A stretch of DNA of 61,744 nt, filler included. It is 6 parts of 6 records of this genome, joined end to end, with 100 filler letters (N's around TTAATTAATTAA, not from the genome) between each part and the next. Parts side by side here need not be neighbours in the genome. Positions count along the whole stretch, not along the records: positions 15,251 to 33,723 come from SRR31147125_13076; 5 more parts are not named here. One strand, given 5' to 3'. Below the pieces are notes generated by a model. The model saw nothing but the letters and a program-made list of their open reading frames with translations, did no database searches and was not told where the DNA came from. The translations under genes and the position numbers were made by a program. Shown in pieces: positions 19,192-30,671 of the stretch (its first letter is position 1; each line of letters begins with the position of its first letter).

Positions 19192-20319
19192 CTATTCGAT
19201 TTCCCTTTTTATTGGTAGCTTAACAAAGAAACTGGTTCCTTTCCCAATTTCGCTTTCCACCCAAATTGTACCTTTATTTTTAACAATATAATCATGGCAT
19301 AAAACCAATCCAAGTCCACTACCAGCTTCTCTGTTAGTTCCATACGTAGTTAAATGCTGCGTATTGTCGAATAATTTTGGAATATTCTCTTCCGGAATAC
19401 CAATCCCGCTATCCTTAATTTCAACCTGAATTTGTTCTTCAAACTCTGCTGCTTTAATACTAATTCTTCCTCCCTCGGGAGTGAATTTAATGGCATTAGA
19501 AAGCAGGTTTCTAAAAACAGTATTTAAGGTAGCTAAATCAGCATATACTTTATTGTTTGTATTAATGTTTGTAACAAAGTCAATGTTCTTTAATTGAAGA
19601 TTACCCTTGTTTAAACGATGAATACTTGAAACCAGTTCGTTTAAATCGACTTCTTCTTTTTGTATTGAAAGATTACCACTCTGCGATTTTGCCCAACCAA
19701 GAAGGTTTTCAAGTAAACTGAAAACCTCGTCGGTTGTTTTTTGCATAATGTTAATGTTTTCGGCTAATTCCGGATTATCTTCTGTCATCATCGACAAAAA
19801 TTCCAGAGTCATTTTTACACTACTCAAGGGCGACCTTAAATCGTGACCAATAACCGAAAACATTTTATCCTTTAACGCATTTAGTTCTGTTAGGTGATTT
19901 GTGGTTTGTTCCAGTTTATCACGAGTATACTTTAAATCTAAATGCGTTCTTACCCTACTAATAAGTTCGTCTTTGTTAAACGGTTTGGCAATGTAATCAA
20001 TACCTCCCGACTGAAATCCTTTTACTAAACTCTCCGAATCATTAAGAGCAGTAATAAAAATAACAGGCAAATTTTCGTTGGCTTTGTCTGCTTTAATTAT
20101 TTTGCAGGTTTCAAAACCATCGAGCTTGGGCATCATTACATCAAGCAAAATTATATCGGGTTTTGTTCGCTCAACCATTTCAATTGCCTGTTCGCCATTT
20201 GTGGCAATAACAATTTTATACTTGAGCGAACGAAGTATTAATGCAACAATTTTAATGTTATTGGGATTATCATCAACAATCAGCACAGTGGGTGTTACTC
20301 CTTGCGATTCTGAATTCAT
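19192..20319 (-). CDS. Hybrid response regulator-histidine kinase
   Basis: REC (IVDD, LLDVMMP, KP), H-box GHDLRSPL, NLLSNAIKF, DSGIG, GSGLGL. Confidence 0.93.
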   Translation of the reverse strand: MNSESQGVTPTVLIVDDNPNNIKIVALILRSLKYKIVIATNGEQAIEMVERTKPDIILLDVMMPKLDGFETCKIIKADKANENLPVIFITALNDSESLVKGFQSGGIDYIAKPFNKDELISRVRTHLDLKYTRDKLEQTTNHLTELNALKDKMFSVIGHDLRSPLSSVKMTLEFLSMMTEDNPELAENINIMQKTTDEVFSLLENLLGWAKSQSGNLSIQKEEVDLNELVSSIHRLNKGNLQLKNIDFVTNINTNNKVYADLATLNTVFRNLLSNAIKFTPEGGRISIKAAEFEEQIQVEIKDSGIGIPEENIPKLFDNTQHLTTYGTNREAGSGLGLVLCHDYIVKNKGTIWVESEIGKGTSFFVKLPIKREIE

Positions 20320-20343
20320 AGACAAACCTATTTTATTGTTACA

Positions 20344-21291
20344 TTATTCTTTTTCTTTTAAAAGTTGATCGAAATACTCAATCGTTTTCGTAAGTCCTTC
20401 ACGAAGTGGAACCTTGGGCTCCCAACCATTAAGTTTTTCTTTGGCCAGTGTAATGTCCGGCTGTCTTTGTGTAGGATCATCTTTCGGTAATGGCAAATGA
20501 ATGATTTTCGAATTAGAACCAGTAATGTCAATAACTTCCTGTGCTAGTTCGAGCATCGTAAATTCTCCTGGATTACCAATGTTAACAGGGCCAACAAAAT
20601 CTTCGCCTGTACCCATCATTCTTGTCATTCCTTCTACCAAATCACTTACATACTGGAAACTTCTGGTTTGTTTTCCGTCGCCAAAAATGGTGATATCCTG
20701 GTTTTGCAGAGCCTGAACAATGAAGTTCGAAACAACTCTACCATCATCGGGTTCCATTTTAGGGCCGTAAGTATTAAAAATTCGGATTATTTTAATACGC
20801 ACATCATTCTGCTGGTGATAGTTTACAAACAAAGATTCAGCGCAGCGTTTCCCCTCATCGTAACACGAGCGAATTCCAATTGGGTTTACATTTCCCCAAT
20901 AAGCTTCGTATTGTGGATGAATATCAGGATCGCCATAAACCTCACTAGTTGATGCTTGAAGTACTTTGGCTTTTATTCGTTTTGCAAGGCCCAACATATT
21001 AATTGCGCCCATTACCGAAGTTTTTATTGTTTTAATAGGATTGTATTGGTAATGAACTGGCGATGCCGGACAAGCCAGGTTGTAAATTTCATCAACCTCA
21101 ATAAAGAAAGGTTGAGTTACATCATGCCTGATAAGTTCAAAATACGGGTTGTCTAACAACTGAATAATCTTTCTTTTCTTTCCGGTGAAGTAATTATCAA
21201 GACAAATCACTTCATTTCCTTCAGCTAATAAACGTTCACATAGGTGAGATCCTACAAATCCAGCTCCTCCTGTTACTAAAATTCTCTTCAT
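20344..21291 (-). CDS. UDP-glucuronate decarboxylase (UDP-xylose synthase)
   Basis: [39 protein letters not shown]. Confidence 0.93.
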   Translation of the reverse strand: MKRILVTGGAGFVGSHLCERLLAEGNEVICLDNYFTGKKRKIIQLLDNPYFELIRHDVTQPFFIEVDEIYNLACPASPVHYQYNPIKTIKTSVMGAINMLGLAKRIKAKVLQASTSEVYGDPDIHPQYEAYWGNVNPIGIRSCYDEGKRCAESLFVNYHQQNDVRIKIIRIFNTYGPKMEPDDGRVVSNFIVQALQNQDITIFGDGKQTRSFQYVSDLVEGMTRMMGTGEDFVGPVNIGNPGEFTMLELAQEVIDITGSNSKIIHLPLPKDDPTQRQPDITLAKEKLNGWEPKVPLREGLTKTIEYFDQLLKEKE

Positions 21292-21314
21292 GATTTAACG
21301 GTTTTAAATTTAAC

Positions 21315-22637
21315 TTAAAGGGTTTTACGTCCAATTGCAAAATACTCAAATCCTAATTCTTCGAGTTCTTCGGGCTCGTATATATTTCGTCCATCGAAAA
21401 TGAGTTTATTTATCAAGAGTTTTTCCAATACTTTAAAGTTTGGCATCCTGAATTCTGACCACTCGGTAACCAAAATCAAGGCATCAGCATCAATTGTTGC
21501 TTCGTATTCGTCTTTGGCAAATGTAATTTTATCGCCTAAAATTCGTTCTGCTTCCTCCATTGCAACGGGGTCGTATGCCGATACAGTTGCTCCTGCCTCC
21601 ACTAGCTTATCAATAATTACCAAAGATGGAGCCTCTCGCATATCGTCGGTTTTTGGTTTGAAAGCAAGTCCCCACATGGCAAACTTTTTACCTTTTAAAT
21701 CACCATTAAAACGTTTAATTATTTTATTAACCAGCACCTCCTTCTGGCGGTAGTTTACTGCTTCAACAGCTTTTAGTATTTCTAACGAATGGTTGTACTC
21801 ATCGGCAGTACGAATTAATGCCTGTACATCTTTTGGAAAGCACGAACCTCCGTAACCCGTTCCCGGATAAATAAATTTATTCCCAATTCTCGCATCAGAA
21901 CCAATACCTCTTCTTACGTTATCAACATCGGCTCCAACAAGTTCGCATAAATTGGCTATATCGTTAATGAAACTAATTTTTGTTGCCAGCATTGAATTTG
22001 CGGCGTATTTAGTCATTTCCGACGATGTTATATCCATAAACAGGATTGGATGACCATTAAGTAAGAACGGTTTGTACAAACGTTGCATAACTTTTTGTGC
22101 TCTGGCCGATTCTGTTCCAATAACAATTCTGTCTGGTTTCAAGAAGTCGTTAACAGCGCTACCTTCTTTTAAAAATTCAGGATTTGATGCAACGTCAAAA
22201 GAAATAGTTTCTCCACGAGCTTCCAATTCTTCATTAATGGCGTTTTTTACTTTTTCGGCTGTTCCAACCGGTACAGTACTCTTGGTTACAACTACCATGT
22301 ACTCGCTCATGTTTTTGCCAATTTCGCGAGCAACGCCTAACACATATTTCAGGTCGGCACTTCCATCTTCATCAGGAGGCGTTCCTACTGCAATAAAAGT
22401 GGCTTCGGCGTCTTCTAAACTTCCGGCCAAATCGGTTGTAAAGGTTAAGCGTCCTTTCTCAACATTCTTTTTGTAAATGTCTTCTAATCCCGGTTCATAA
22501 ATAGGGATTATTCCGTTGTTAAGTTTTTCGATTTTTTTCTCATCAATGTCAACGCATACAACATTGATACCCGCTTCTGCAAAGCAAGTGCCTGATACCA
22601 AGCCTACATAGCCTGTTCCAACAACTACAATTTTCAT
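21315..22637 (-). CDS. ugd: UDP-glucose 6-dehydrogenase
   Basis: GTGYVG, SNPEFLKEG, GYGGSCFPKD, GLAFKP.TDDMRE, DGRN. Confidence 0.95.
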   Translation of the reverse strand: MKIVVVGTGYVGLVSGTCFAEAGINVVCVDIDEKKIEKLNNGIIPIYEPGLEDIYKKNVEKGRLTFTTDLAGSLEDAEATFIAVGTPPDEDGSADLKYVLGVAREIGKNMSEYMVVVTKSTVPVGTAEKVKNAINEELEARGETISFDVASNPEFLKEGSAVNDFLKPDRIVIGTESARAQKVMQRLYKPFLLNGHPILFMDITSSEMTKYAANSMLATKISFINDIANLCELVGADVDNVRRGIGSDARIGNKFIYPGTGYGGSCFPKDVQALIRTADEYNHSLEILKAVEAVNYRQKEVLVNKIIKRFNGDLKGKKFAMWGLAFKPKTDDMREAPSLVIIDKLVEAGATVSAYDPVAMEEAERILGDKITFAKDEYEATIDADALILVTEWSEFRMPNFKVLEKLLINKLIFDGRNIYEPEELEELGFEYFAIGRKTL

Positions 22638-22841
22638 ATTTATACGGTTTTAAAATGTGCATATTATGTCTGTTAAAGACATTTTGGCGATTATAATAGA
22701 GTTGTTTTAAGCGTCGTACCGCAATGGTGTCGCAAGTTTACTAAATATCTTTCAGAACTTAATATAAAAATATTATATTTTTTCGATAAAATTATACTAT
22801 TTTAACCCCTATCTCAAGATAGTCCAATATTTTTTCATTCT

Positions 22842-25721
22842 ATGGATAAAGATAACAGCTTTTTGACAAAATATGAGTCAGAGAAAAAAGCCCGAATAAA
22901 CGCACAAAATGAGGTAAAACGATTAAAACATGATATTTCTACTCTGGAAAAAAGTTACGAGCAGAAACTTGAAAAAGGAGAAAAGCAATATCACGATTTA
23001 ATAGAGTTCTTACCGAGTATTATTTTTGAAATGGATACTAAAGGTAAAATTACTTATGCAAACCAATTTGCACTAGATACTTTTGGCTATTCAATAATTG
23101 AACTTAAAAATCCCGGGTTGAATATTTTTGAACTTTTCCCGGAAGAATTTAGCAGGAAGGCAAAAGTGAATTTTGCTGAATTGGTAAAAACAGGAACAAC
23201 CATTTCGAGGGAATATATTGCCCGGAAAAAAAGTGGCGAGAACTTTCCGGTTATAGTTTCAACAGCGCCCATTTACGAAAATGGAGACCTGGTAGGAGTA
23301 AGGGGGGCGGTAGCAGATATTACTCAACGAAAAAAGAACGAAAATGAGATAAAATCGAACCTGAGACAACAAGAGATTCTTTCAAAGATTTCAATGAATT
23401 ATAATTCCCTCGAAAAGTTCGAAGTTAAAACAGAAGAAGCTTTACTAACTATTGGAGAACATATTCAGGTTAGTCGCGTTTATATATTTGAGAATAGTGA
23501 TGATGGGCAAACAACTTCGAATACCTTTGAGTGGTGTAATATTGGAGTGCTACAGCAAAAAGAAGAACTTCAGGGTATTCCTTATGAAATGATTCCTTCG
23601 TGGAAGAGATTATTGGTTAATGAAGGAATTGTTTACTCCGAAAATATTGAAGAATTGCCCCAGGATATTTACGATATTTTGGCTCCTCAGGAAATTAAGT
23701 CGATTATTGTTTTTCCGCTAATTGTACATAATACCTTTTTCGGATTTATTGGATTTGATGAGTGTAATTCGAACCGGGTTTGGCGAAAATCGGAAATAGA
23801 ATTGTTACGCACTATTTCAAATATCTTTTCGCATAATTTTATGCGCCAGCGTGTTGAGAATGAGTTGGTGCAGCGAGAGAAGGAAAATAGGATAATTATA
23901 GATTCAATTCCCGATGTAATTCTTCATGTTGATGATAAAGGTGTTGTAAAGGCATTGAAATCGGCACAAAACTCGAACCTTACGAATCTTATTCGAAACA
24001 AGGATTGTAAAACGATTCAGGAAGCGTTTAATAAAAAACTTGCGGATGTTTTTATAGAAGCCATTGAGGTTTGCCTTAAGAAAAACAAGCACCAGTTTGA
24101 GTTTAAAAATTTGAACTGGGATGAAGTGGAGTATTACGAAGCCCGACTGGTAAAGCTAAATCGTGCAGAAGTTTTAATAATTGTACGCGATGTAAGTATT
24201 GGTAAAGAACACGAAAAGCAATTGGAGATTGCCAAAAATAAGGCAGAAGAGGCTTCTAAAATGAAATCAGAATTTTTGGCCAATGTTTCGCACGAAATTC
24301 GTACTCCGTTAAATGCAATATTAGGATTTAGTCAATGGTTATTCGAGAACACAGATATTAGTATGCACAAGGGCTACTTAACAACAATTATTAATAGTGG
24401 CCGAAATTTACTCGATGTTATAAATGATATTCTCGATATTTCTAAAATCGAATCAGGAACAATTGATATTGATTTGAATCCGATGGATTTTAAGGAAGTT
24501 GTTTCTGATATAAAAATGGTATTTCAGGAAAGTGTAGAAGAGAAAGGGCTGAATTTTAAAGTAACCATTGAAGAATCTGTTTCCGAATACATTTTTATGG
24601 ACGAGTTGAGATTTTATCAAATTTTGTTCAATTTAGTAAGTAATGCTATTAAGTTTACAAGTCAGGGATACATACACATAATGGCCTTTGCTGCGCAAAC
24701 CGGAGTTGAAGATGAGATTAACTTAATGATTAATATTGAAGACAGTGGTATTGGAATTGGAGAGCAGGAACAAAAGTTAATTTTCGAAGCATTTACACAA
24801 CAAAATAGCGATAACAATAGAAGTTACGAAGGTACAGGGCTTGGGCTTGCCATTGTAAGTGGCCTGCTTAAACGACTCAATGGATCGGTAGAAGTAGTTA
24901 GCCAACCCGGTAAAGGGTCAACATTTAAGCTCTCGTTTTTTAATGTTAAAGTCGATAAAACTGAACATGTTCGCGATCCGCTGAAAAAGAATGGTAAAAA
25001 AATTAAGATTGGCCCGTGTACTGTAATGATAGTTGACGACATTGAATATAATATTACGGTTTTAAAAGCCTTAATTAATTCGGAGCAAGTAAAATATATT
25101 GATGCTTTTGATGGAACAACAGCACTTGCCAAGCTGCAAATGGAAAAACCGGATATTATATTTATGGATATCAGGATGCCGGGGCTTGATGGATTTGATG
25201 TAACAAAAATAATTAAGGAAGATGAGAATTTGAAACATATTCCTGTTATCGCATTTTCTGCTTCAACAATAAAAACAAGGGGAGAACTAATCAAGAATTT
25301 ATTCGATGATTTTCTGCAAAAGCCAGTATTTAAAGAGGATTTGGAGTCGGTTTTTGTTCGATTTTTGCCGGATACTATATTGAATGAAGAGAATGAAAAA
25401 GTTTTGCCTGCTGCTAAAAAAGAAGAAGTTCCGTCTAAAGTATTAAAGGACTTGCCAAGAATAGTGGAGCAACTTGAAAACAAGATGTCTAAAACGTGGA
25501 AGGAGATTAAAGATAATCTTATAATATACGAAATAGAAGCATTTAAAAAGGATTTGGAATTACTTACAGCAGCATATCAGTGTCCTCCTTTAAACCAATA
25601 TTGCGACGAATTGGGGCTAGGTCTGCAGTCTTTCGATATTGAGCTTATCGAGCGAAAATTAAGCGATTTTCCAGGTATGGTTGAAAAATTAAAATTAATG
25701 AATGGGGGACAGAAAATATAA
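22842..25721 (+). CDS. PAS/GAF hybrid sensor histidine kinase with receiver domain
   Basis: PAS, GAF (FIGFDEC), SHEIRTPLN, NLVSNAIKFT, GTGLGL, FMDIRMP. Confidence 0.93.
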   Translation: MDKDNSFLTKYESEKKARINAQNEVKRLKHDISTLEKSYEQKLEKGEKQYHDLIEFLPSIIFEMDTKGKITYANQFALDTFGYSIIELKNPGLNIFELFPEEFSRKAKVNFAELVKTGTTISREYIARKKSGENFPVIVSTAPIYENGDLVGVRGAVADITQRKKNENEIKSNLRQQEILSKISMNYNSLEKFEVKTEEALLTIGEHIQVSRVYIFENSDDGQTTSNTFEWCNIGVLQQKEELQGIPYEMIPSWKRLLVNEGIVYSENIEELPQDIYDILAPQEIKSIIVFPLIVHNTFFGFIGFDECNSNRVWRKSEIELLRTISNIFSHNFMRQRVENELVQREKENRIIIDSIPDVILHVDDKGVVKALKSAQNSNLTNLIRNKDCKTIQEAFNKKLADVFIEAIEVCLKKNKHQFEFKNLNWDEVEYYEARLVKLNRAEVLIIVRDVSIGKEHEKQLEIAKNKAEEASKMKSEFLANVSHEIRTPLNAILGFSQWLFENTDISMHKGYLTTIINSGRNLLDVINDILDISKIESGTIDIDLNPMDFKEVVSDIKMVFQESVEEKGLNFKVTIEESVSEYIFMDELRFYQILFNLVSNAIKFTSQGYIHIMAFAAQTGVEDEINLMINIEDSGIGIGEQEQKLIFEAFTQQNSDNNRSYEGTGLGLAIVSGLLKRLNGSVEVVSQPGKGSTFKLSFFNVKVDKTEHVRDPLKKNGKKIKIGPCTVMIVDDIEYNITVLKALINSEQVKYIDAFDGTTALAKLQMEKPDIIFMDIRMPGLDGFDVTKIIKEDENLKHIPVIAFSASTIKTRGELIKNLFDDFLQKPVFKEDLESVFVRFLPDTILNEENEKVLPAAKKEEVPSKVLKDLPRIVEQLENKMSKTWKEIKDNLIIYEIEAFKKDLELLTAAYQCPPLNQYCDELGLGLQSFDIELIERKLSDFPGMVEKLKLMNGGQKI

Positions 25722-25815
25722 TTTGTGTTGCGTACGCAAAAATTCTTTGTTTACTATTTGTTTCTGAATCCTTTGTGCTTTACAAAGAATTTCTTCAGAA
25801 TAAAAGAAGCATTGC

Positions 25816-25844
25816 CAATCGAAATAATCCGGTTGGCTTTTTTT
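25816..25844 (+). terminator. Intrinsic terminator
   Basis: GCCAATCG...CGGTTGGC followed by a T-run. Confidence 0.5.
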
Positions 25845-25965
25845 AGTGATTCTGAATGAATTATGTATTGAAGGTGTTACTTTTAATTATGTGTTTATAT
25901 TTGTGACCAAAATAGAAAAGTATTACAGGGAAAAATTAATACTTGTTGTGGGACAAATCAGATTT

Positions 25966-27210
25966 ATGAAAGAAAAGAGAGTAGTGATAACCGGTTTGGG
26001 AGCGTTAACTCCGATAGGTAATTCCATAGAAGAATTGTGGCAAAATGCTATTGCCGGGAAGAGTGGAGCTGGCCCAATTACCAGATTCGATACTACAAAT
26101 TACAAAACCAAGTTTGCTTGCGAATTAAAGAATTTTAATCCTTCGGAAAAACTCGATAGAAACGATCTTAAAAAAACTGATCTATTTTCGCAGTACGCAC
26201 TGGTTGCGGTTGAAGAAGCGCTCAACGACAGTGGTATTGAATTAAGCAAAATGTCGCCATATGACATTGGTGTTATTTGGGGTTCGGGGCAAGGCGGAGC
26301 AAACCTGTATGAAAAGGTGATGATAGAATACGGACGGACCGGAAAACCACGGTTTGGCCCAATGCAAGGCCCAAAGGTGTTTGTTAATATGGCGTCGGGT
26401 ATAATTTCCATTAAGTTTGGATTAAAGGGAATGAACTTCACCACATCATCGGCTTGTGCTACTTCGAATACAGCTATTATGGATGCCTTTAATTATATTC
26501 GGTTAGGAAAGGCAAAGGTTTTTGTAACAGGAGGCTCAGAGGCCGGAATTATAGAAAGTGGAATAGGTAGCTTTAATGCAATGCGGGCTTTGTCTGTTAA
26601 TAACGAAAATCCTGAAAAAGCTTCTCGACCATTCGATGTAAACCGCGATGGTTTTGTAATGGGAGAAGGAGCAGGAGCTTTAATTCTGGAGGATTTTGAA
26701 CATGCAAAAGAAAGAGGAGCAAAAATATATGCTGAAATTGTGGGAGCAGCAATGACTGCCGATGCTTATCATGTGGCTGCATCGCATCCTGATGGAGAAG
26801 GGGCTGCAAAGGCAATGGAACTGGCGTTGGAAGAAGCTGCGGTAAAGCCCGAAGATGTAGATTATTTAAATGCTCATGGTACAGCAACTCCTGTTGGTGA
26901 TTTGAGTGAAATAAATGCAATAAGGAAAGTGTTTGGTGATAGTCCTGAGCATCTTAATATTAGTTCTTCAAAGTCGATGACCGGCCATTTGTTGGGTGCT
27001 GCCGGAGCTGTTGAGTCGATTTTATGCATTAAAGCCATTCAAACAGGAATTATTCCTCCAACAATAAATACTTCTGAAATTGATCCGGCTATTCCGGAGT
27101 CTATAAATATTATAACAGGAGAAAGCATAAAAGTCAATGTAAATGTGGCCATAACCAATAGCTTTGGTTTTGGAGGTCATAATGCAACACTGGTTTTTAA
27201 GAAGTTTTAG
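25966..27210 (+). CDS. fabF: Beta-ketoacyl-ACP synthase II
   Basis: RVVITGLG, SACAT (Cys), NAHGT, GHLLGAAG, NSFGFGGHN; Bacteroidota -7 motif TATATTTG at 25896-25903. Confidence 0.93.
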   Translation: MKEKRVVITGLGALTPIGNSIEELWQNAIAGKSGAGPITRFDTTNYKTKFACELKNFNPSEKLDRNDLKKTDLFSQYALVAVEEALNDSGIELSKMSPYDIGVIWGSGQGGANLYEKVMIEYGRTGKPRFGPMQGPKVFVNMASGIISIKFGLKGMNFTTSSACATSNTAIMDAFNYIRLGKAKVFVTGGSEAGIIESGIGSFNAMRALSVNNENPEKASRPFDVNRDGFVMGEGAGALILEDFEHAKERGAKIYAEIVGAAMTADAYHVAASHPDGEGAAKAMELALEEAAVKPEDVDYLNAHGTATPVGDLSEINAIRKVFGDSPEHLNISSSKSMTGHLLGAAGAVESILCIKAIQTGIIPPTINTSEIDPAIPESINIITGESIKVNVNVAITNSFGFGGHNATLVFKKF

Positions 27211-27215
27211 TGTTA

Positions 27216-27252
27216 TGTCATTCCGAATTCGGCTGCTGCAGGAGAGGAATCT
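27216..27252. repeat. REP-like element half (TGTCATTCCGA...GGAATCT)
   Basis: Same end motifs as the left half of the element at 33105-33175. Confidence 0.5.
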
Positions 27253-27387
27253 GTTCATCATTTACTTTTAAAATTTATTGATTGTTAGTTCGTTGATTTC
27301 TATGCTGGTGAGTTGGAATTAAACGTGACTTTTTGATTAAAATCTAAAGATTCTGATTTATGATTCTTTCTTAAATAAATTTAATTC

Positions 27388-27415
27388 TATATTTGTATGT
27401 TCAAACATATGAACA
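27388..27415 (+). promoter_or_regulatory. Bacteroidota -7 promoter element abutting a palindromic GntR-operator candidate
   Basis: TATATTTG (TAnnTTTG, 27388-27395), then TATGTT-ca-AACATA and overlapping TGTTCA-n6-TGAACA. Confidence 0.55.
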
Positions 27416-27440
27416 AAGTGTTTGCAGAATTAGAATAAAC

Positions 27441-28170
27441 ATGAAAAATCTAAAAATAGATCATTCAAGTCCGCTTCCTCTTCATGCGCAGGTTGAGGAA
27501 TTGCTTCGGGAATTAATAGAACGACCGGAGTATAAAAACGGGGGACTTTTGCCCAAAGAAGTCGACCTTGCAAAAAAACTGGGAATTTGCGAATACGCTT
27601 CGCCAGGCAACTAACAAGTTGGAATACGAAGGTTTGTTAGTTCGAAAAAAAGGGGTGGGGACTAAAGTAGCTCAAAAGCAGGTTAGTACTCATCTGAATG
27701 ACTGGCACAGTTTTACCCAGGAAATGAATGAAAAAGGAGTAGGATTTACCAACTATAAATTGCAGTCGGAATGGGTAGAAGCAGAAAAAAAGGTTGCCGA
27801 TTTTTTTGAAGTAGAACCGGGAACAGCAATTCTTTGCTTAAGTCGTTTGCGTGGCGACAATGAGGGCCCTTTTGTTTATTTCGAAAGTTATTTCCACCCA
27901 CGAATTGGTCTTACCGGAGACGAAGATTTTACTCGTCCGCTTTACGATATTCTTGAAAACGATTACAACGTTAGCCCAACTTTTTCGAATGAAAGAATAA
28001 AAGCACGGCTTGCATCTACAATAACCTCAAAACGATTGGAAATAAAACAAGGCGACCCGGTTTTGGTGCGCGAACGCTTTGTGTCCGATCCGGGGAAACG
28101 CCCGCTGGAATATAATATTGGATTTTATATAGCTGATAGATTTACTTATACAATTAGCATAAAACGATAA
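27441..28170 (+). CDS. GntR/HutC family regulator with UTRA domain, frameshifted near 27590
   Basis: PLH.QVEE.LR...LPKE.DLA..LGI(SR)NTLRQA...LVRKKGVGT split over two ORFs. Confidence 0.9.
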
Positions 28171-28265
28171 TAATGAAACGACCATGGTACAAACTTTTAT
28201 CATACAAGGATATGATTAAAAGGGAGTTCCATAAGTCACCTTTGAAAAAAAACAATCGTAATCAT

Positions 28266-29201
28266 ATGAAAACAATTGCCATTGGAGTTGATGTAGGTGG
28301 CAGCCACGTAAGTTGCATGGCCTACGATTTAAATACGAAAAAATTACTGCCTGAAACTTTTGCCGAAAGCGATTTAGATAACCACGGGCAGCCCAACGAA
28401 ATTATTGCGGCGTGGGGAAATGCCATTAAAAAAACATTGGAAGTTGCGGGCGTTGAAAAGGTTGCAGGAATTGGTTTTGCCATGCCCGGCCCGTTCGAAT
28501 ATGTGAATGGTATTCCGCGTTTAACCGGTAAGAATGGGAAATATGAAAATATTTACGGAATTGATGTTCCTGCAATGTTGACAGAGTTTCTTGGTTTAGC
28601 CGGAGATTTTAAAATTCGGTTTATAAACGATGCTACAGCCTTTGCTATTGGTGAAGACCAGGTTGGCAAGGCAAAAGATTTCGAAAGTTCATTGTCAGTA
28701 ACACTTGGAACTGGCTTCGGTTCAGCTTTCGTAAAAGATGGACTGCCGATTGTTGATGGAGCAGAAGTTCCTGAAAATGGATGCATGTGGCACTTGCCAT
28801 TCGAAGAAGATATTGCTGATGAATATTTTTCAACCCGCGGTTTAATTTCTCGTTTTGAAAAAGCTACCGGCGAAAAAATGCCAGGTGTTAAACAAATTGC
28901 CGAGCTGGCAACCAGTAAACCGGAAGCCGTTGAATTATTCGACGATTTTGGCACAAAAATGGGCATGTTTTTACAGCCCTGGATTGAGAAGTTTGGCATT
29001 GAAATGTTTGTAATGGGAGGCAATATTTCCCGCGCTTATCATTTGTTTGGTGCCAGTTTAAATTTTTATATCGAACAAGCCAACCTAAAAATGGAAGTTG
29101 CCGTTTCCGAATTAAAAGAAACCGCCTCATTCATTGGTGCCGCAACTTTGGTCGACGATGAATTTTATGAGAGAGTATTACCTGCATTAGAAAAAATGTA
29201 A
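28266..29201 (+). CDS. ROK family sugar kinase
   Basis: IGVDVGGSH, GFAMPGP, FINDA, TLGTGFGS. Confidence 0.9.
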   Translation: MKTIAIGVDVGGSHVSCMAYDLNTKKLLPETFAESDLDNHGQPNEIIAAWGNAIKKTLEVAGVEKVAGIGFAMPGPFEYVNGIPRLTGKNGKYENIYGIDVPAMLTEFLGLAGDFKIRFINDATAFAIGEDQVGKAKDFESSLSVTLGTGFGSAFVKDGLPIVDGAEVPENGCMWHLPFEEDIADEYFSTRGLISRFEKATGEKMPGVKQIAELATSKPEAVELFDDFGTKMGMFLQPWIEKFGIEMFVMGGNISRAYHLFGASLNFYIEQANLKMEVAVSELKETASFIGAATLVDDEFYERVLPALEKM

Positions 29202-29374
29202 TGGTATGTTTTTTTACTCTTTTGCCTATCGGCATTTTCCCTTAGAAAGCGAAAACAGTAAGATGTCAAGCAGGAGGGGCTGATGAAATGCAGGAACTTG
29301 GTTCAGCGCATGTTCCCCTTATAAGGGGAACTCCCGACAGGGTAAGGGGTAACGTAATTTTTTAAATCTATATA

Positions 29375-30526
29375 ATGACAAAAACTAAACTATCTACAAA
29401 ACTAGTAACTCCCGTTCTGGTCAGCTTTTTCGTAATGAGCTTCTGCGACCTGGTGGGAATTGGCGTTGATAATGCCAAAGCCGATTTTCAGCTCAGTAAT
29501 ACTTTGGCTCAATTAATTCCGATGGCAGTGTTTGCCTGGTTTTTTATTCTGTCGGTTCCGGTGGGAATTTTACAAGATAGAATTGGCAAAAAGAATATGC
29601 TCAACATTGGAATGGTATTAACAGCAATTGGATTAATTTTGCCGTTTTTAATTTATACATTTCCAACCCTCTTAACAGGTTTTGCTTTGCTCGGGATTGG
29701 AAATACCATCATTCAGGTTTCAGCAAATCCTTTGTTAATTGATGTTGTTCCATCAAACCGAAGTTCCAGTTTTTTAAGTTTCTCTCAATTCGTAAAAGCC
29801 ATTGGTTCTATGGTAGCTCCTTACCTGGCAACCTTTTTTACCGTTCAATTTGGCGACTGGAAAATAATGCTCCTGGCTTTTGGCACCCTTTCCATTCTTT
29901 CAGCACTGTGGCTGCATTTCTCTAAAATTGACGAGGCCAAATCGACAGAAAAAAAGGCAACAATCGGCTCTTGCCTAAAATTATTGGGCGTTGGCTACAT
30001 TGCTTTAATGGTACTGGGTATTTTCTTTTTGGTTGGAATTGATGTGGGAATTAACTCTGCATCGGGACAATTTCTAATGGAGAAACTAGGCATGGATGCC
30101 GAACCTGCTAAACAAGGTCGTAGCCTTTATTTCTTCGGAAAAATGTTGGGTACATTTTTGGGAGCCTTACTTTTAACCCGTTTCTCAGCAAAGAAATTTT
30201 TGGTGCTTTCAGCTATCGTAAATCTAATTACAATTGCTGTTTTCATAGTGTCACCAACTCCGCTTATTGCTTTGGTTTTAATGTTTTCCATCGGTTTAGG
30301 CGCATCAAATATTTTCCCGCTTATATTCTCAATTACTATTGAAAAATATGCCGACCGCGCAAACGAAATCTCCGGATTAATGATTATGGCTGTTTCGGGA
30401 GGTGCGTTTATTCCTCCTGTAATTGGAAAGGTAACCGACTTAATGAATATAACTGCCGGGATGTTTGTACTAATTGCCTGTGCTGTTTATTTGCTGGGCT
30501 TGTCGTTTTATGCACTAAAGAAATAA
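29375..30526 (+). CDS. MFS sugar transporter (FucP/GluP-like)
   Basis: About 12 hydrophobic segments; QVSANP, MAVSGGA. Confidence 0.9.
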   Translation: MTKTKLSTKLVTPVLVSFFVMSFCDLVGIGVDNAKADFQLSNTLAQLIPMAVFAWFFILSVPVGILQDRIGKKNMLNIGMVLTAIGLILPFLIYTFPTLLTGFALLGIGNTIIQVSANPLLIDVVPSNRSSSFLSFSQFVKAIGSMVAPYLATFFTVQFGDWKIMLLAFGTLSILSALWLHFSKIDEAKSTEKKATIGSCLKLLGVGYIALMVLGIFFLVGIDVGINSASGQFLMEKLGMDAEPAKQGRSLYFFGKMLGTFLGALLLTRFSAKKFLVLSAIVNLITIAVFIVSPTPLIALVLMFSIGLGASNIFPLIFSITIEKYADRANEISGLMIMAVSGGAFIPPVIGKVTDLMNITAGMFVLIACAVYLLGLSFYALKK

Positions 30527-30552
30527 TGAATTACCAATCAAAATATCAATTC

Positions 30553-30615
30553 GTTTACCCCAGCCCTAAAGGGAGCGAATTGATTGTTTCTGCTCCCTTT
30601 AGGGGCGGGGTAAAC
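30553..30615. repeat. REP-like long inverted repeat
   Basis: GTTTACCCCAGCCCTAAAGGGAGC / GCTCCCTTTAGGGGCGGGGTAAAC. Confidence 0.7.
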
Positions 30616-30671
30616 AGAGATAATCAATTTGTGGACTGTGTTAGTAGCCAACTATCAAAAAAATAATTCTT

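Noticed and set aside
25966-27210. Stand-alone fabF as a PKS or biosynthetic cluster
   Set aside because: No ACP, chain-length factor or tailoring genes nearby; likely an ordinary paralogue
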